Positions 1 through 10,475 of a stretch of DNA of 64,000 bases are shown here, piece by piece. This DNA comes from Rhodohalobacter sp. GTDB taxonomy: Bacteria; Bacteroidota; Rhodothermia; Balneolales; Balneolaceae. The position numbers and the translations under genes are program-made. The stretch's first letter is position 1; every line of letters begins with the position of its first letter. The stretch lies in NCBI RefSeq assembly GCF_034521535.1, contig NZ_JAXHMF010000004.1:19870-83869 (forward strand), read 5' to 3'. The notes beneath the pieces were generated by a model. That model saw only the letters and a program-made list of their open reading frames with translations. It did not search any database and was not told the origin of the DNA.

Positions 1-473
1 AGCAGGAGGGAGGCGAATGACTTTCTTCGGAATTGATCGTCCACAGTTCTTTCTGCAATGGTTTCGGGCTGTACGCCCTTTAGCAGGTCGGGTCCCAGTT
101 TGCTTAGATAAGGATGCTCGTGGAGAGATACTTCATCCATCACGTCAATATCGCTGGCGCTATAGAGCAGTGCCGACTTTCTATCCGTTCGAATTTCAAG
201 GCGCAGCTCACGGTTTGTTTTAGGATAATCTCCTGCCGGCTTGATGTACCATTTTCCGTATAGCTGGTTGTGTGAGTAGATGTGATAATCGTCTTCAAAT
301 GAGATAACGAGGCCTTTGCCGTATGCCTCAACGTTTTCAACCTGTTTACCGGCCAGATCGCTTTCGAAGGGTTTGAGGTGATCATGATAAAAATAGAGAT
401 AGATGGGCGACTGATCTCCGATTGCGTTTCGGATCTTGTCGGCTTCACGATGAACTTCGGGTCCTTCAGGCAT
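1..473 (-). CDS. nei: Endonuclease VIII (Fpg/Nei DNA glycosylase), 5' part; runs off the window start; absent from the ORF track
   Basis: Manual translation from ATG at 473 gives MPEGPEVHREADKIRNAIG...YSHNQLYGKW...LLYSASDIDV...LGPDLL, open to base 1. The N-terminal PEGPE and YSHNQLYG match Nei. Confidence 0.93.
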   Translation of the reverse strand, partial: MPEGPEVHREADKIRNAIGDQSPIYLYFYHDHLKPFESDLAGKQVENVEAYGKGLVISFEDDYHIYSHNQLYGKWYIKPAGDYPKTNRELRLEIRTDRKSALLYSASDIDVMDEVSLHEHPYLSKLGPDLLKGVQPETIAERTVDDQFRRKSFASLL

Positions 474-735
474 TTCCGGGTTTTTATATTTTTATGTGTT
501 TAGCTGATTTAAACGGTAATTGGGGGAAGATCATTCTCAATAGTGGAAGTGGGGATAAATCCCGCGCTCGTTTGTGTAACCCATAAATGGGTTAAGTGAT
601 TAGATTTGGTTTGAGAGGGGTTCTCGCAGATGTTTGCGCAGAGTTTCGCAGATCGAACCCTTCGTGGCAGAATAGCACAAATTGGAACACTAACAATTCA
701 TTCTGTTTAATAGTAGATAGTTTACAGGAATGATT

Positions 736-793
736 GCCACGGAAACACGGAAAAAAGCAGAAGCTTCCGTGCAGTTCCGTGCTTCCGTGGCTA
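736..793. repeat. Palindromic repeat element (gccacggaaacacggaa...ttccgtgcttccgtggc)
   Basis: Inverted arms with internal cacggaa repeats; a related half copy lies near 10250-10296. Confidence 0.65.
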
Positions 794-873
794 CTTTTAT
801 TATATCTATCATAAATCAATCAATTAACAGATCAAACAGGAACCTCTGAAGCACTCTTTGTTGTTCTGCGGAT

Positions 874-2355
874 ATGAAACAAACAGACAAAGTTTACGAT
901 TTTATTGTGATCGGCTCAGGGATGGGCGGCTTAACTGCGGCTTCCCTTTTGGCAAAAGATGGGCACTCCGTTTTGGTACTGGAAGCTGCACTTGCCATCG
1001 GCGGATGCAGCTCCTCATACTTTCGGAAAGGATACATTTTTGAATCCGGTGCAACCACGCTGATCGGCTTTGACGAGCATCAACCTCTAAAAAAACTGGA
1101 AGAGACCCTGGGCATAACCATTCCAAAAGTGAAGCTCAATCCGTCAATGAGAGTGCATCTGAACGGAAAGGAGATCACACGCTACGAAGACCGGGATGAA
1201 TGGATTAGAGAATCAATCCGTCATTTCGGAGAGGAGAAAGCACAGGAGCTGTTTTGGGAAAAAGCGTTTAAGGTAGCCGATGTGGTCTGGAGAGTATCCG
1301 AAAAGAATGCAGCGTTTCCTCCGCAATCAGCCACGGATTGGATGAAACTCCTTAAAAATGATCCGCGTGATGTGTGGGTTCTGCCTTATGCATTCAAATC
1401 GGTAAAGGAGTTTGCAAGGGACTGCAGCATCACCAATCCGGAGTTTTTCCGTTTTCTGGATGAGCAGCTGTTGATATCTGCACAGTCTAAATCGAACGAT
1501 ACACCGTTTCTTTTCGGTGCTCCGGCCGTAACCTACACAAACTGCTCAAACTATTCTGTACCCGGCGGACTGAAAAAGATGGCGGAAACTTTAAGTGATT
1601 TCATCACAGAGAAAGGCGGTAAGGTTCAAACCAAAGAGAAGGTGTTGTCTCTTGCGAAAGATGCGGGAAATTTTAAAATAACGACTTCTAAAAACCGGAC
1701 ATATCAGGCGAGACAGGTTGTATCGGGCATCCCGGTTTGGAATATGGAGGATATTACCTCCGGTAAAATGGCTGAATACTTCAAGCAGGAATCCGCCAAG
1801 TACAGTGAGGCGTGGGGAGCATTTACCATGGGTATTGTCACCGATGATGTCTATCCCGATGATATGCCGCTTCATCATCAGATTCACATCAAAAACCCAA
1901 TTTCAGGCATTCACTCCGATTCGATATTTGTCTCATTTTCTCATCCGGATGACGAGGAACGATCCAAAGAGGGGACGCGTGTTCTGAATATCTCATCGCA
2001 TACCGAAACCGACTATTGGTTCTCTTTAAATGGCAGTTATGATGCAGAAAAAGAGCGAGTAGAAGAGCAGGTTATAGCCGTTCTCAAAGAACAGCTTCCG
2101 CAATTTGATAATGCAGAAATCAAGCTAGCATTTTCGGCAACCCCGGTCAGCTGGGAGAACTGGGTAAATCGCAAAAAAGGACGCGTAGGGGGCATTCCGC
2201 AGAGTATGGAGCGTTCACTGCTCGATTGGACGCCAAATCAAACCCCGTTTAAAGGTCTCTATCTTTGCGGAGATACGGTATTTCCGGGTCAGGGAATTCC
2301 GGGCGTAACTTTAAGCGGATTTCACGTATATTATAGAGCTCAGAATAATTTTTAA
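874..2355 (+). CDS. Phytoene desaturase-family FAD oxidoreductase (COG1233; CrtD/CrtH-like)
   Basis: N-terminal dinucleotide fold VIGSGMGGLTAA, GGC..F...G..FESGAT, C-terminal GLYLCGDTVFPGQGIPGV. Confidence 0.8.
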   Translation: MKQTDKVYDFIVIGSGMGGLTAASLLAKDGHSVLVLEAALAIGGCSSSYFRKGYIFESGATTLIGFDEHQPLKKLEETLGITIPKVKLNPSMRVHLNGKEITRYEDRDEWIRESIRHFGEEKAQELFWEKAFKVADVVWRVSEKNAAFPPQSATDWMKLLKNDPRDVWVLPYAFKSVKEFARDCSITNPEFFRFLDEQLLISAQSKSNDTPFLFGAPAVTYTNCSNYSVPGGLKKMAETLSDFITEKGGKVQTKEKVLSLAKDAGNFKITTSKNRTYQARQVVSGIPVWNMEDITSGKMAEYFKQESAKYSEAWGAFTMGIVTDDVYPDDMPLHHQIHIKNPISGIHSDSIFVSFSHPDDEERSKEGTRVLNISSHTETDYWFSLNGSYDAEKERVEEQVIAVLKEQLPQFDNAEIKLAFSATPVSWENWVNRKKGRVGGIPQSMERSLLDWTPNQTPFKGLYLCGDTVFPGQGIPGVTLSGFHVYYRAQNNF

Positions 2356-2370
2356 AAAACAACAGTTTCA

Positions 2371-2997
2371 TTGAATTACGACAACAATAACTATTCGCCC
2401 ACAACGCAATTTTCTATTTTTCCTCCTGCCGTAAAACACCTGATTATTGTCAATCTGTTGGTTTTTGTGGCGTTGATGAATCCGATGCTTCAGCAGTATC
2501 TGATGATGTTTGGGGCTCTCTGGCCTATCGGTTCCGGCAATTTTGCTCCATGGCAGCTTATCACCTATATGTTTATACACGCCGGATTCGGTCACATCAT
2601 TTTTAACCTGTTTGCCCTATGGATTTTTGGGCAGGGTATTGAAAACTTCTGGGGAACAAAACGCTTTGCGATCTACTACTTTTTAACAGGAGTAGGAGCA
2701 GCGCTCATTCACATGTGGATTGGCGGAAGCGGTGCGCCGACAGTAGGAGCATCGGGTGCAGTTTATGGAATCCTTTTGGCTTTCGGAATGATGTTTCCTG
2801 ATCGTTACATTATGCTTTTAATACCTCCGGTACCGATTAAGGCAAAATACTTTGTTGCTATTTTTGGAGCTATTGAGTTGATGTCCGGCCTGATGCGCCC
2901 CGACAGCGGAATTGCTCACTTTGCTCACCTCGGCGGTATGGTTGTAGGCTATATCTTAATCAAATACTGGGGCTTGAAAGGCGAACGACGCGCATAA
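2371..2997 (+). CDS. Rhomboid intramembrane serine protease
   Basis: WQLITYMFIH, HIIFNLFALW, GASG catalytic Ser and AHLGG catalytic His; TTG start. Confidence 0.93.
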   Translation: MNYDNNNYSPTTQFSIFPPAVKHLIIVNLLVFVALMNPMLQQYLMMFGALWPIGSGNFAPWQLITYMFIHAGFGHIIFNLFALWIFGQGIENFWGTKRFAIYYFLTGVGAALIHMWIGGSGAPTVGASGAVYGILLAFGMMFPDRYIMLLIPPVPIKAKYFVAIFGAIELMSGLMRPDSGIAHFAHLGGMVVGYILIKYWGLKGERRA

Positions 2998-3009
2998 TCA
3001 GATTGAATA

Positions 3010-3903
3010 ATGAATATGTATCAGCAAGACTCATTTTGGAACTCTTTTAAACGCGGCTTCATGCAAATGCCGACGGTGATTCGTACGCTAATCGCCATCA
3101 ATGTGATCGTGTTCATTTTTCAGGCATTTTTTGGCGGTATTCAGATCGGTGGTCAAACTCTGAACCGATATATCGTCGAATGGCTTGGGTTTAATCCAGA
3201 CCTGGTAACGGCTGTAACTCAACCGTGGCGATTTGTAACCTATATGTTTTTGCACGGCGGTGGATTTCACCTACTCTTTAACATGCTCTGGCTTTGGTGG
3301 ATGGGTCGTGCAGTAGAGGAGGGATTGGGACCCCGAACGTTTGCAGTGATCTTTTTCGGTGCAGGTATCGGCGGTGCATTTTTTCATGTGGCCCTCTCGT
3401 TTCTTTACGGGTCAAGTATGGTGATCGGAGCATCAGGTGCTGTTTTTGGTGTGATGGTCGCCTTTGCCTACATGTACCCAACCATGCCGATCATGCTTTT
3501 TCTGCTACCGCCCATTCAGGCGCGCTATGTGGTTGCAGGCCTTATTCTGTTTGATGTGCTCTTTATTGGTGCCGGAGATAATGTGGCCCGGCTGGTTCAC
3601 CTTGGCGGTGCCGGTATCGGATACCTTTTGGTTAAAGCCCACTATAACGGGGTAGACTTGTCTAAATTTGTTCGGCCGATCGAAAAAATATGGAATCCTG
3701 AACTTTCCGGGTTCAGCAAAAAGAATAAAGAGAAGAAGCGAAAAAAGAACAGGGATATGTACTCTGTAAGTGACGTGGAAATTCTTGACGAAGAGGAGGT
3801 CTCCGATCTTGACGATATCCTGGAAAAAATCTCCAAAAAAGGCTACGATGGCCTCACCAAAGAGGAGAAGAAAAAACTGTTTGATTTGAGCAAGAGAAAC
3901 TGA
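3010..3903 (+). CDS. Rhomboid intramembrane serine protease with C-terminal soluble tail (DUF6576-like)
   Basis: PWRFVTYMFLH, GASG, VHLGG; tail LDDILEKISKKGYDGLTKEEK. Confidence 0.92.
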   Translation: MNMYQQDSFWNSFKRGFMQMPTVIRTLIAINVIVFIFQAFFGGIQIGGQTLNRYIVEWLGFNPDLVTAVTQPWRFVTYMFLHGGGFHLLFNMLWLWWMGRAVEEGLGPRTFAVIFFGAGIGGAFFHVALSFLYGSSMVIGASGAVFGVMVAFAYMYPTMPIMLFLLPPIQARYVVAGLILFDVLFIGAGDNVARLVHLGGAGIGYLLVKAHYNGVDLSKFVRPIEKIWNPELSGFSKKNKEKKRKKNRDMYSVSDVEILDEEEVSDLDDILEKISKKGYDGLTKEEKKKLFDLSKRN

Positions 3904-3910
3904 TTTTTAA

Positions 3911-4078
3911 GGCAAAAGGCAAAAGGCAAAAGGCAAAAGGCAAAAGGCAAAAGTGAAACGTGAAACATGGTATTTTTGTCTTGATTTACCTCAGATTAAT
4001 CTTGGTAACAATAGATCAGTATCTTTTTTTACTTTTAAAAATACTTTTTCACTTTTGCCTTTTCACGTTTCACCTTTT
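3911..4078. repeat. Heptamer tandem repeat with an inverted partner
   Basis: (GGCAAAA)x6 at 3911-3952 plus (GTGAAAC)x2 to 3966; complementary run TTTTCAC TTTTGCC TTTTCAC GTTTCAC at about 4046-4073. Confidence 0.85.
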
Positions 4079-4101
4079 TAAATTCATAGTTTTACATAAA
4101 A

Positions 4102-5320
4102 ATGAGCAGTCCAATTAAGCGAAGAAAATCAATCACGGTAATGGTAGGTGATGTTCCTGTTGGTGGCGGGCATCCGATTGTGGTGCAGTCGATGACCAAT
4201 ACGGATACGGCGGATATTGATGAGACAGTGGATCAGATTGATCATCTGCATCAGGCCGGTTCGGAGATTGTACGGATTACGGTGAACAACGACGCCTCAG
4301 CCAAAGCGGTGCCGTCTATCAAAGAGAAGCTGCTGAATCGCGGTGTCACAGTCCCAATCGTGGGGGATTTTCACTATAACGGACACAAGCTGTTAACGAA
4401 ATATCCGGATATGGCGAAGGCACTGGCCAAGTTTCGGATTAATCCGGGAAACACCGGCACTAAAACCCGTGATGAGAATTTTTGCACTATTGTAGAGCAG
4501 GCGATCAAATATGACAAGCCGGTTCGAATTGGAGTAAACTGGGGATCTTTGGATCAGCAGTTACTGGCTCAGTACATGGACGAAAATAACAACAGAAAAG
4601 AACCAAAAACCTCCAAAGAGGTGATGCTGGACACGATGGTGGAAAGTGCCCGGCGATCCACGGCGCTGGCTGAGGATGTTGGACTGGCTTCAGATAAAAT
4701 TGTCGTTAGCTGTAAAATGAGCGGCGTACAGGATCTGATTAATGTCTACAGAAGAATCGCGAATGACCTGAAAGTATCCGCTACATCTGGGACTCACTGA
4801 GGCCGGAATGGGAATGAAAGGTACCGTAGCGAGTTCTGTAGCATTGGGCGTGCTTTTGCAGGAAGGAATTGGAGATACGATAAGAGTATCGCTCACCCCG
4901 ATGCCGGGAGCTGATCGTGCCGAAGAGGTGAGAATTTGTCAGCAGATACTTCAGTCACTCGGAATCAGAAGTTTTATTCCTCAGGTTACCTCATGTCCCG
5001 GTTGCGGCAGAACGAAGAGCACCTATTTCCAGGAGCTGGCTGATGAAATACAAAATTATATTGTTGAGACAATGCCGGTGTGGCGCGAAGTCTATCCCGG
5101 AGTGGAGGAGATGGATGTGGCCGTGATGGGCTGTGTGGTAAACGGGCCCGGTGAGTCCAGGCATGCCAATATCGGTATCTCACTTCCCGGAACATTTGAG
5201 GAACCCAAAGCACCCGTTTATGTTGATGGAGAGCATTTCACTACGCTTAAAGGAGAGGGAATTGGTGCAGAGTTTAGAAAAATACTGGATGATTATGTGG
5301 TAAAGAATTACAGTAAGTAG
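4102..5320 (+). CDS. ispG: (E)-4-hydroxy-3-methylbut-2-enyl-diphosphate synthase; split by a +1 frameshift near 4771 (probably sequencing error)
   Basis: [32 protein letters not shown]; removing one A from CTGAAAGTAT restores [12 protein letters not shown]; then [29 protein letters not shown]. Confidence 0.95.
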
Positions 5321-5443
5321 CCTCTGTGGTTCACATTTAAAATCAGACGGTCATATCTTTGATTCAAGGTGCTCTAAAGCTGATTTAAAACTTCATTTCT
5401 GATCGAAATTTGTTGAATTTTACAGGTAAATTGCAGAAATTAA

Positions 5444-5457
5444 TGTAAGCGCTTACA
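5444..5457. promoter_or_regulatory. LacI-family operator TGTAAGCGCTTACA
   Basis: Perfect 14-bp palindrome with central CG, about 64 bp upstream of the LacI gene. Confidence 0.8.
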
Positions 5458-5520
5458 CTTTTATCTGTCTGATTTAAGGTATTTTTTTATACCAAGTAAA
5501 TATTAACTGCTGAGGTACTT

Positions 5521-6531
5521 TTGGCTAAAACCATATATGATATTGCGAAAGCTGCCGGAGTGAGTATTGCTACGGTCTCGAGGGTGTTCAATCAAGCAGA
5601 AAATGTAAAACTGGAAACCCGAAAAAAAGTCTTGAAAGTAGCGGAGGAGATGGGATATCATCCGCATGTCTATGCTCAAGGACTTGCAAGTAAGAAGAAA
5701 AACCGGATTTTAATGTTGGCTCCGGTCATGTCGAACTACTTTTTTACGGAGGTTTTACGGGGTATACAGGATAGCCTGGCTGAAGAGAATTTTGAACTCA
5801 ATATTGTGAATATCGGTCAGAAGAATAATGCCTTTAAGCAGGTCTCCGAAACATTGAAGAAGCATTGGGCTGAAGGGTATTTACTGGTATCGCTTCACTT
5901 TTCTGAAAAAGAACTCAAAGCACTAAAGCGATATAATATTCCTCTGTGCCTTGTCGATGATTTCAGCAATCTGTTTGATTCGGTCAGTTTCAACAATGAG
6001 GAGGGAGCATACCTTGCAACCAAATACCTCATTTCCAAGGGTTTTGAAAGAATTGCAGTTCTCTCTGCTGACGCATCATCCATTCCAATTCGTGATCGTA
6101 TAACAGGTTACAAGAGAGCTCTCAATGAGTACGAACTTCCATTTGATGAAGATCTGATTGTAACCGGCGACAATATGGAGAGGGATGGTTTTACCGAGTT
6201 GAGCGGCTACCAGGCAATGAATAAAATTTTGAAGCTGAATCCGCTGCCCGACGCTGTTTTTTGCACATCGGATACAAAAGCTGTGGGCGCTAAAAAAGCA
6301 TTAAAAGAGCACAATATTCATATTCCGATTATCAGTTTTGATAATCTTACAATTGCGGAGTATATCGGCCTTACCACGGTTAATCAGCCGATGTACGATA
6401 TGGGATTCCGCGCTACCCATAAACTTATACAGAGGCTACACAATCCGGACTTGAGGATCAGCAATGAGGTTCATCATCCGGAGCTTGTGATTCGCTCTTC
6501 ATCAGAGAATTTAAAAGAAGTAACATCATGA
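5521..6531 (+). CDS. LacI-family transcriptional regulator
   Basis: TIYDIAKAAGVSIATVSRVFN helix-turn-helix; C-terminal sugar-binding fold ending LTTVNQPMYDMG...LVIRSS. Confidence 0.96.
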   Translation: MAKTIYDIAKAAGVSIATVSRVFNQAENVKLETRKKVLKVAEEMGYHPHVYAQGLASKKKNRILMLAPVMSNYFFTEVLRGIQDSLAEENFELNIVNIGQKNNAFKQVSETLKKHWAEGYLLVSLHFSEKELKALKRYNIPLCLVDDFSNLFDSVSFNNEEGAYLATKYLISKGFERIAVLSADASSIPIRDRITGYKRALNEYELPFDEDLIVTGDNMERDGFTELSGYQAMNKILKLNPLPDAVFCTSDTKAVGAKKALKEHNIHIPIISFDNLTIAEYIGLTTVNQPMYDMGFRATHKLIQRLHNPDLRISNEVHHPELVIRSSSENLKEVTS

Positions 6532-9416
6532 CATCACGTTTATTTAAAACAATTTTTCTACTCCTCATACTGGTTCTATCGGCTCAGACGGTTGCGGGTC
6601 AGGTAATTACAACGGAGCCCGCATTTCCGACAGAGGACGAGCCACTTACCATTATTTTTGATGCCAAAGAAGATCAAGGAGGTGAACTTGAAGGTTATAC
6701 AGGCTCACTTTATGCTCATACAGGGTTGATAGTTTCGGAGGCAAATCAAGGTTCTTCAGAATGGGAGTATGTGATTGGAACCTGGGGAAATAACAGTGTA
6801 CAACCTCAATTGACTAGTCTGGGTAACGATCGCTGGGAGCTGGAGATAAATGACATCAGAGATTTCTATGATGTACCGGAATCAGAGGATAAAATTTATC
6901 AAATTGCCATTGTATTTCGCAGCTCAGATGGCAGCAGACAATCCCGTCCGGATCTTTTTATTGATCTGAGTGATGAGGAACTGCAGGTTCGTTTTACCAG
7001 TCCGGATGTATCAGCTTTGAATCCTTACTTCACAGAGGTTGGACAGACAGTCAATCTGCAAATTGAAGCCGCTTCGGCCCAGCCAATAGCCTCACTCACT
7101 CTGTTTGAAGGAGAGACTGAACTGACCAGTACTACAGAATCATCCCTTCAGTATGACTACACTGTAACCAATACAGGGCGCACGGATTTTTATACGGAGG
7201 TTGAGGATGATCAGGGAAATGTTGTCTCAGATTCGCTTTATATCGTGGTAAATCCGCCCGTGAATGTGCAGGCGCGACCAAACGGGATTGAGGACGGCAT
7301 TCACTACCACGAAGATCCAACAACCGTAACTTTTTCTTTCTACGCCCCTGATAAGGATTTTGCCTACCTGATTGGAGATATGACCGATTGGGAAGTAAGC
7401 GAAGAGCATTTTATGAACCTGGACAATACAGACCCAACCGGTAACCGATTCTGGATTACAGTAAATGATTTAACACCGGGCGATCAGTATCGCTTTCAAT
7501 ACTTTATTGATGGAGAGATTCGTGTGGCTGATCTCTATTCGGAATTGATTCTGGATAGTAATAACGACCAATATATTGAGGATTCGATCTATCCCAATAT
7601 GCCACAGTATCCATATGGGTTTACCGAGCACGCCGTTACGGTAATTGAACCGGGTGCCGAAGAGTATGAGTGGCAAATCCCCGATTTTGAACGGCCTGAG
7701 AAGGAAGAACTGGTTGTTTATGAACTTTTGCTTAGGGATTTTCTGGAGGAGAGTTCATACGAAGTTTTAACCGATACGCTTGACTACCTGGATAATCTGG
7801 GTGTGAATGCCATTGAACTGATGCCAATACAAGAATTTAGCGGAAACATAAGCTGGGGCTATAACCCTGTTTTTCACGGGGCGTTAGACAAAGCGTATGG
7901 TTCAAAAGATTCCTTCAAGCGGTTTGTGGATGAAGCTCACTCCAGGGGGATAGCTGTCCTGCTTGATGTTGTTTACAACCATGCAGAAGGTAACTCTCCA
8001 TTGATTCGAATCTATGGTTCCGATCGAAATACAAATCCATTGATTGGGCCGGGACACGCTTACAATGTATTTAATCACCTCAATCACGATCATCCCTACA
8101 TCCAGTACTGGCTTGACCGGATGAATCGATATTGGCTTGAAGAGTACAATATTGACGGTTACCGGTTTGATTTATCTAAAGGCTTTGCTTCGAATGTAGA
8201 TAACCGAAGTAATCTGGATGGCTATAATTCTGATCGAATAGCGAATCTTAAAAGAATGGCGGATGAGATGTGGAGTGTTGATCCGGATTCGTATGTAATT
8301 CTGGAGCATCTCGGTGCAAGTTCAGAGGAGGCCGAACTCTCTGATTATGGAATGATGCTGTGGGGGAAACACAATGGAGAATACAGTGAGGCTTCCATGG
8401 GTTATTCTGATAATTCTGATTTTTCAGGAGTTTACTATGGAAACCGCGGATGGAGTAATCCAAATCTGATTGGATACATGGAAAGCCATGATGAGCAGTG
8501 GATCATGTTCAGAAATCTGAATTTTGGCAATGATCTGAATGAAAATCACGATATAACGGAGCTCGATGTAGCATTGAATCGTCAGAAACTGACCGGAGCC
8601 TTTTTCTTAACGATTCCGGGACCGAAGATGATCTGGCAGTTTGGAGAGCTGGGTTATGGTGGTGGTCCGGGTGAGTGCCTGAAGCCGGGCGACGGTTCAG
8701 ACGGGTCTTGTTTGTCAGCAGACGTGGGTAGGACGGACCCAAAACCGATACGATGGGACTACTATAGTGAGGAGAACAGACTCCGCCTGTATAAAACCTG
8801 GTCGGAACTGCTGAGGCTTCGCCACTCAAGTCCTGTATTCAGTAGTGCAGAAACAGAATTTGAAGCTTCACTCGGCAGCGGCATTAAGTGGATCCGTTTG
8901 CAGCATGAGGATATGGATGCTGTGATTGTCGGGAATTTCAGTGTGCTGTTCCGGGATGCAACCGTTGATTTTACACAGCAAGGCGAGTGGAATGAATTTG
9001 TAACCGGAAATACGCTGGATGTAGGTAACGTGCGGCAGACCTTTAACCTGGCACCGGGCGAAGTTAGGATCTATACAAGTGAATTTGTAGAGCCTGCAGA
9101 GGAGAATGTATTTTTCCAGGTGGGAGAGAGCAATTTTGGCCAGCTCATTCGGGAATTGAGTATTGAATCAAACTATCCGAATCCGTTTAATCCATCCACG
9201 CAGATTGAGTATGAGGTACCGGAAGCGGGCGCTGTAGTGCTGGATGTTTACGATGTTTTAGGCAGGAGAGTGGCTACGATTGTAAATAACAGTGAACACC
9301 CGAGAGGTTCATTTACCGTCGATTTTGACGCTTCTGAGTTGAGCAGCGGTGTTTATATTGCAAGACTGAAACAGGGTGGACAGGTTGTCACCGAGAAAAT
9401 GACGCTAATCAAGTAG
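6528..9416 (+). CDS. Secreted GH13 alpha-amylase-family enzyme with CBM48-like module and T9SS type A C-terminal sorting domain
   Basis: Signal peptide; LGVNAIELMP, SWGYNP, DVVYNH, IDGYRFD (nucleophile), ILEH (acid/base), ESHDE; C-terminal NYPNPFNPST...KMTLIK. Confidence 0.93.
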   Translation: MTSRLFKTIFLLLILVLSAQTVAGQVITTEPAFPTEDEPLTIIFDAKEDQGGELEGYTGSLYAHTGLIVSEANQGSSEWEYVIGTWGNNSVQPQLTSLGNDRWELEINDIRDFYDVPESEDKIYQIAIVFRSSDGSRQSRPDLFIDLSDEELQVRFTSPDVSALNPYFTEVGQTVNLQIEAASAQPIASLTLFEGETELTSTTESSLQYDYTVTNTGRTDFYTEVEDDQGNVVSDSLYIVVNPPVNVQARPNGIEDGIHYHEDPTTVTFSFYAPDKDFAYLIGDMTDWEVSEEHFMNLDNTDPTGNRFWITVNDLTPGDQYRFQYFIDGEIRVADLYSELILDSNNDQYIEDSIYPNMPQYPYGFTEHAVTVIEPGAEEYEWQIPDFERPEKEELVVYELLLRDFLEESSYEVLTDTLDYLDNLGVNAIELMPIQEFSGNISWGYNPVFHGALDKAYGSKDSFKRFVDEAHSRGIAVLLDVVYNHAEGNSPLIRIYGSDRNTNPLIGPGHAYNVFNHLNHDHPYIQYWLDRMNRYWLEEYNIDGYRFDLSKGFASNVDNRSNLDGYNSDRIANLKRMADEMWSVDPDSYVILEHLGASSEEAELSDYGMMLWGKHNGEYSEASMGYSDNSDFSGVYYGNRGWSNPNLIGYMESHDEQWIMFRNLNFGNDLNENHDITELDVALNRQKLTGAFFLTIPGPKMIWQFGELGYGGGPGECLKPGDGSDGSCLSADVGRTDPKPIRWDYYSEENRLRLYKTWSELLRLRHSSPVFSSAETEFEASLGSGIKWIRLQHEDMDAVIVGNFSVLFRDATVDFTQQGEWNEFVTGNTLDVGNVRQTFNLAPGEVRIYTSEFVEPAEENVFFQVGESNFGQLIRELSIESNYPNPFNPSTQIEYEVPEAGAVVLDVYDVLGRRVATIVNNSEHPRGSFTVDFDASELSSGVYIARLKQGGQVVTEKMTLIK

Positions 9417-9455
9417 GAACGCGGATTTAGCGGATTTTTGGATTGAACGGATTTT

Positions 9456-9484
9456 CGTGGCACGTCTTTGAGGCGTGCCACGAG
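9456..9484 (+). terminator. Hairpin after the GH13 gene (terminator or REP-like)
   Basis: tcgtggcacgtc-tttga-ggcgtgccacga followed by a T run. Confidence 0.5.
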
Positions 9485-9772
9485 TGTTTTTGGGAGCACA
9501 GTTTTCTTAAATTTTAACCATGAATGTAATGAATGAGTTTGACCCATTTCGTAGGGATATTTTGTCTATAGCAAATGAGTACTTAACTCAAATTCCGCAA
9601 AATGGAGGTGCAGTGGCTACAAAATAAGTTTCATTTAAAAGTGATTAAAATAGTTCATCTCATACCTTTTTAGATGCAAACCTTCTTTTTGCCGGTCATT
9701 CCTGCTTTAGTACTTTTGAAGCAGTAATTCGTACACAAAATAAATGGCGTTCACCTTTTAAGGGATGAAACC

Positions 9773-10475
9773 AGCCCCGTTTCGGGGCGGCATATCCGTA
9801 GCCCCACAGGTTCACAACGTGAATCTGTGGGGTGCAAGAAGACCGAATATTAAAGAAGCACCATAGGTGCGGCATGTTTCGAATTCTGAATTCAATCTCA
9901 ATTGTAACATCGACCCATATATTCCGCACCTACGGTGCTCCTATGTTCGGGTTCGCCCTTTGCCCCATGGCCAACGCTTTGCGCTGACCATGGGCTACGG
10001 ACATGACGCACCTCTGGTGCTTGGTTTTTGTCAGGTGCATATCTCAACTCCTGATGGTGTGATCGTCTTGCAAGGGTACGGATATACCGCACCTGCGGCG
10101 CTCCCATAGTTCATGCTCGCTTAACGCTTAACCCAAGGCCACCGCTGCGCAGTGACTTTGGGCTACGGATATGGCGTCCCGTAGCGGGACTTTCATTGCC
10201 TGAGTCATTTGGTGTAAAAGCTTTTAAGTATTCATAAGAAACGAAAATTGCCACGGCTCATCTTTTGACGCGAAGCGAAACACTGAAACACGGAAAAATC
10301 TTTATTTCGCTTTACGCAAAAGATGTATTTCGTCAATAAAATAATTTGAAATAACCTATAGGATTGATGAATAACTTTTGTCAAAACATTCTCAGCTATT
10401 AACAAGGAAGCTCCTAGCGGAGCTTTTGAATTAATGTGGTAGGGTATTCTATAAACAGGTAACTCCTCCGGAGTT
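9773..10475. repeat. Cluster of about 8 REP-like hairpin repeats
   Basis: Variants of GGGCTACGGAYATG-NN-GC-hairpin at 9773-9804 (-), about 9857-9883 (-), about 9912-9940, 9992-10021, 10074-10102 and 10160-10191; CTATWAACA-N5-(G/A)CTCCT-hairpin at about 10395-10425 and 10448-10475. Confidence 0.8.

Noticed and set aside
2371-3903. Tandem rhomboid proteases as a novelty
   Set aside because: A rhomboid pair is a common arrangement in Bacteroidota and relatives.
4760-4810. Programmed ribosomal frameshift in ispG
   Set aside because: No convincing slippery heptamer or stimulator; similar +1 events elsewhere suggest sequencing error.
9696-10109. ORFs 9696-9929, 9867-10109 and 9898-10107 with repeated GYGYxAP peptides
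   Set aside because: They are translations of the REP units, not credible proteins.
9773-10475. Possible CRISPR array
   Set aside because: Units diverge, occur in both orientations and are irregularly spaced; no cas genes are present.
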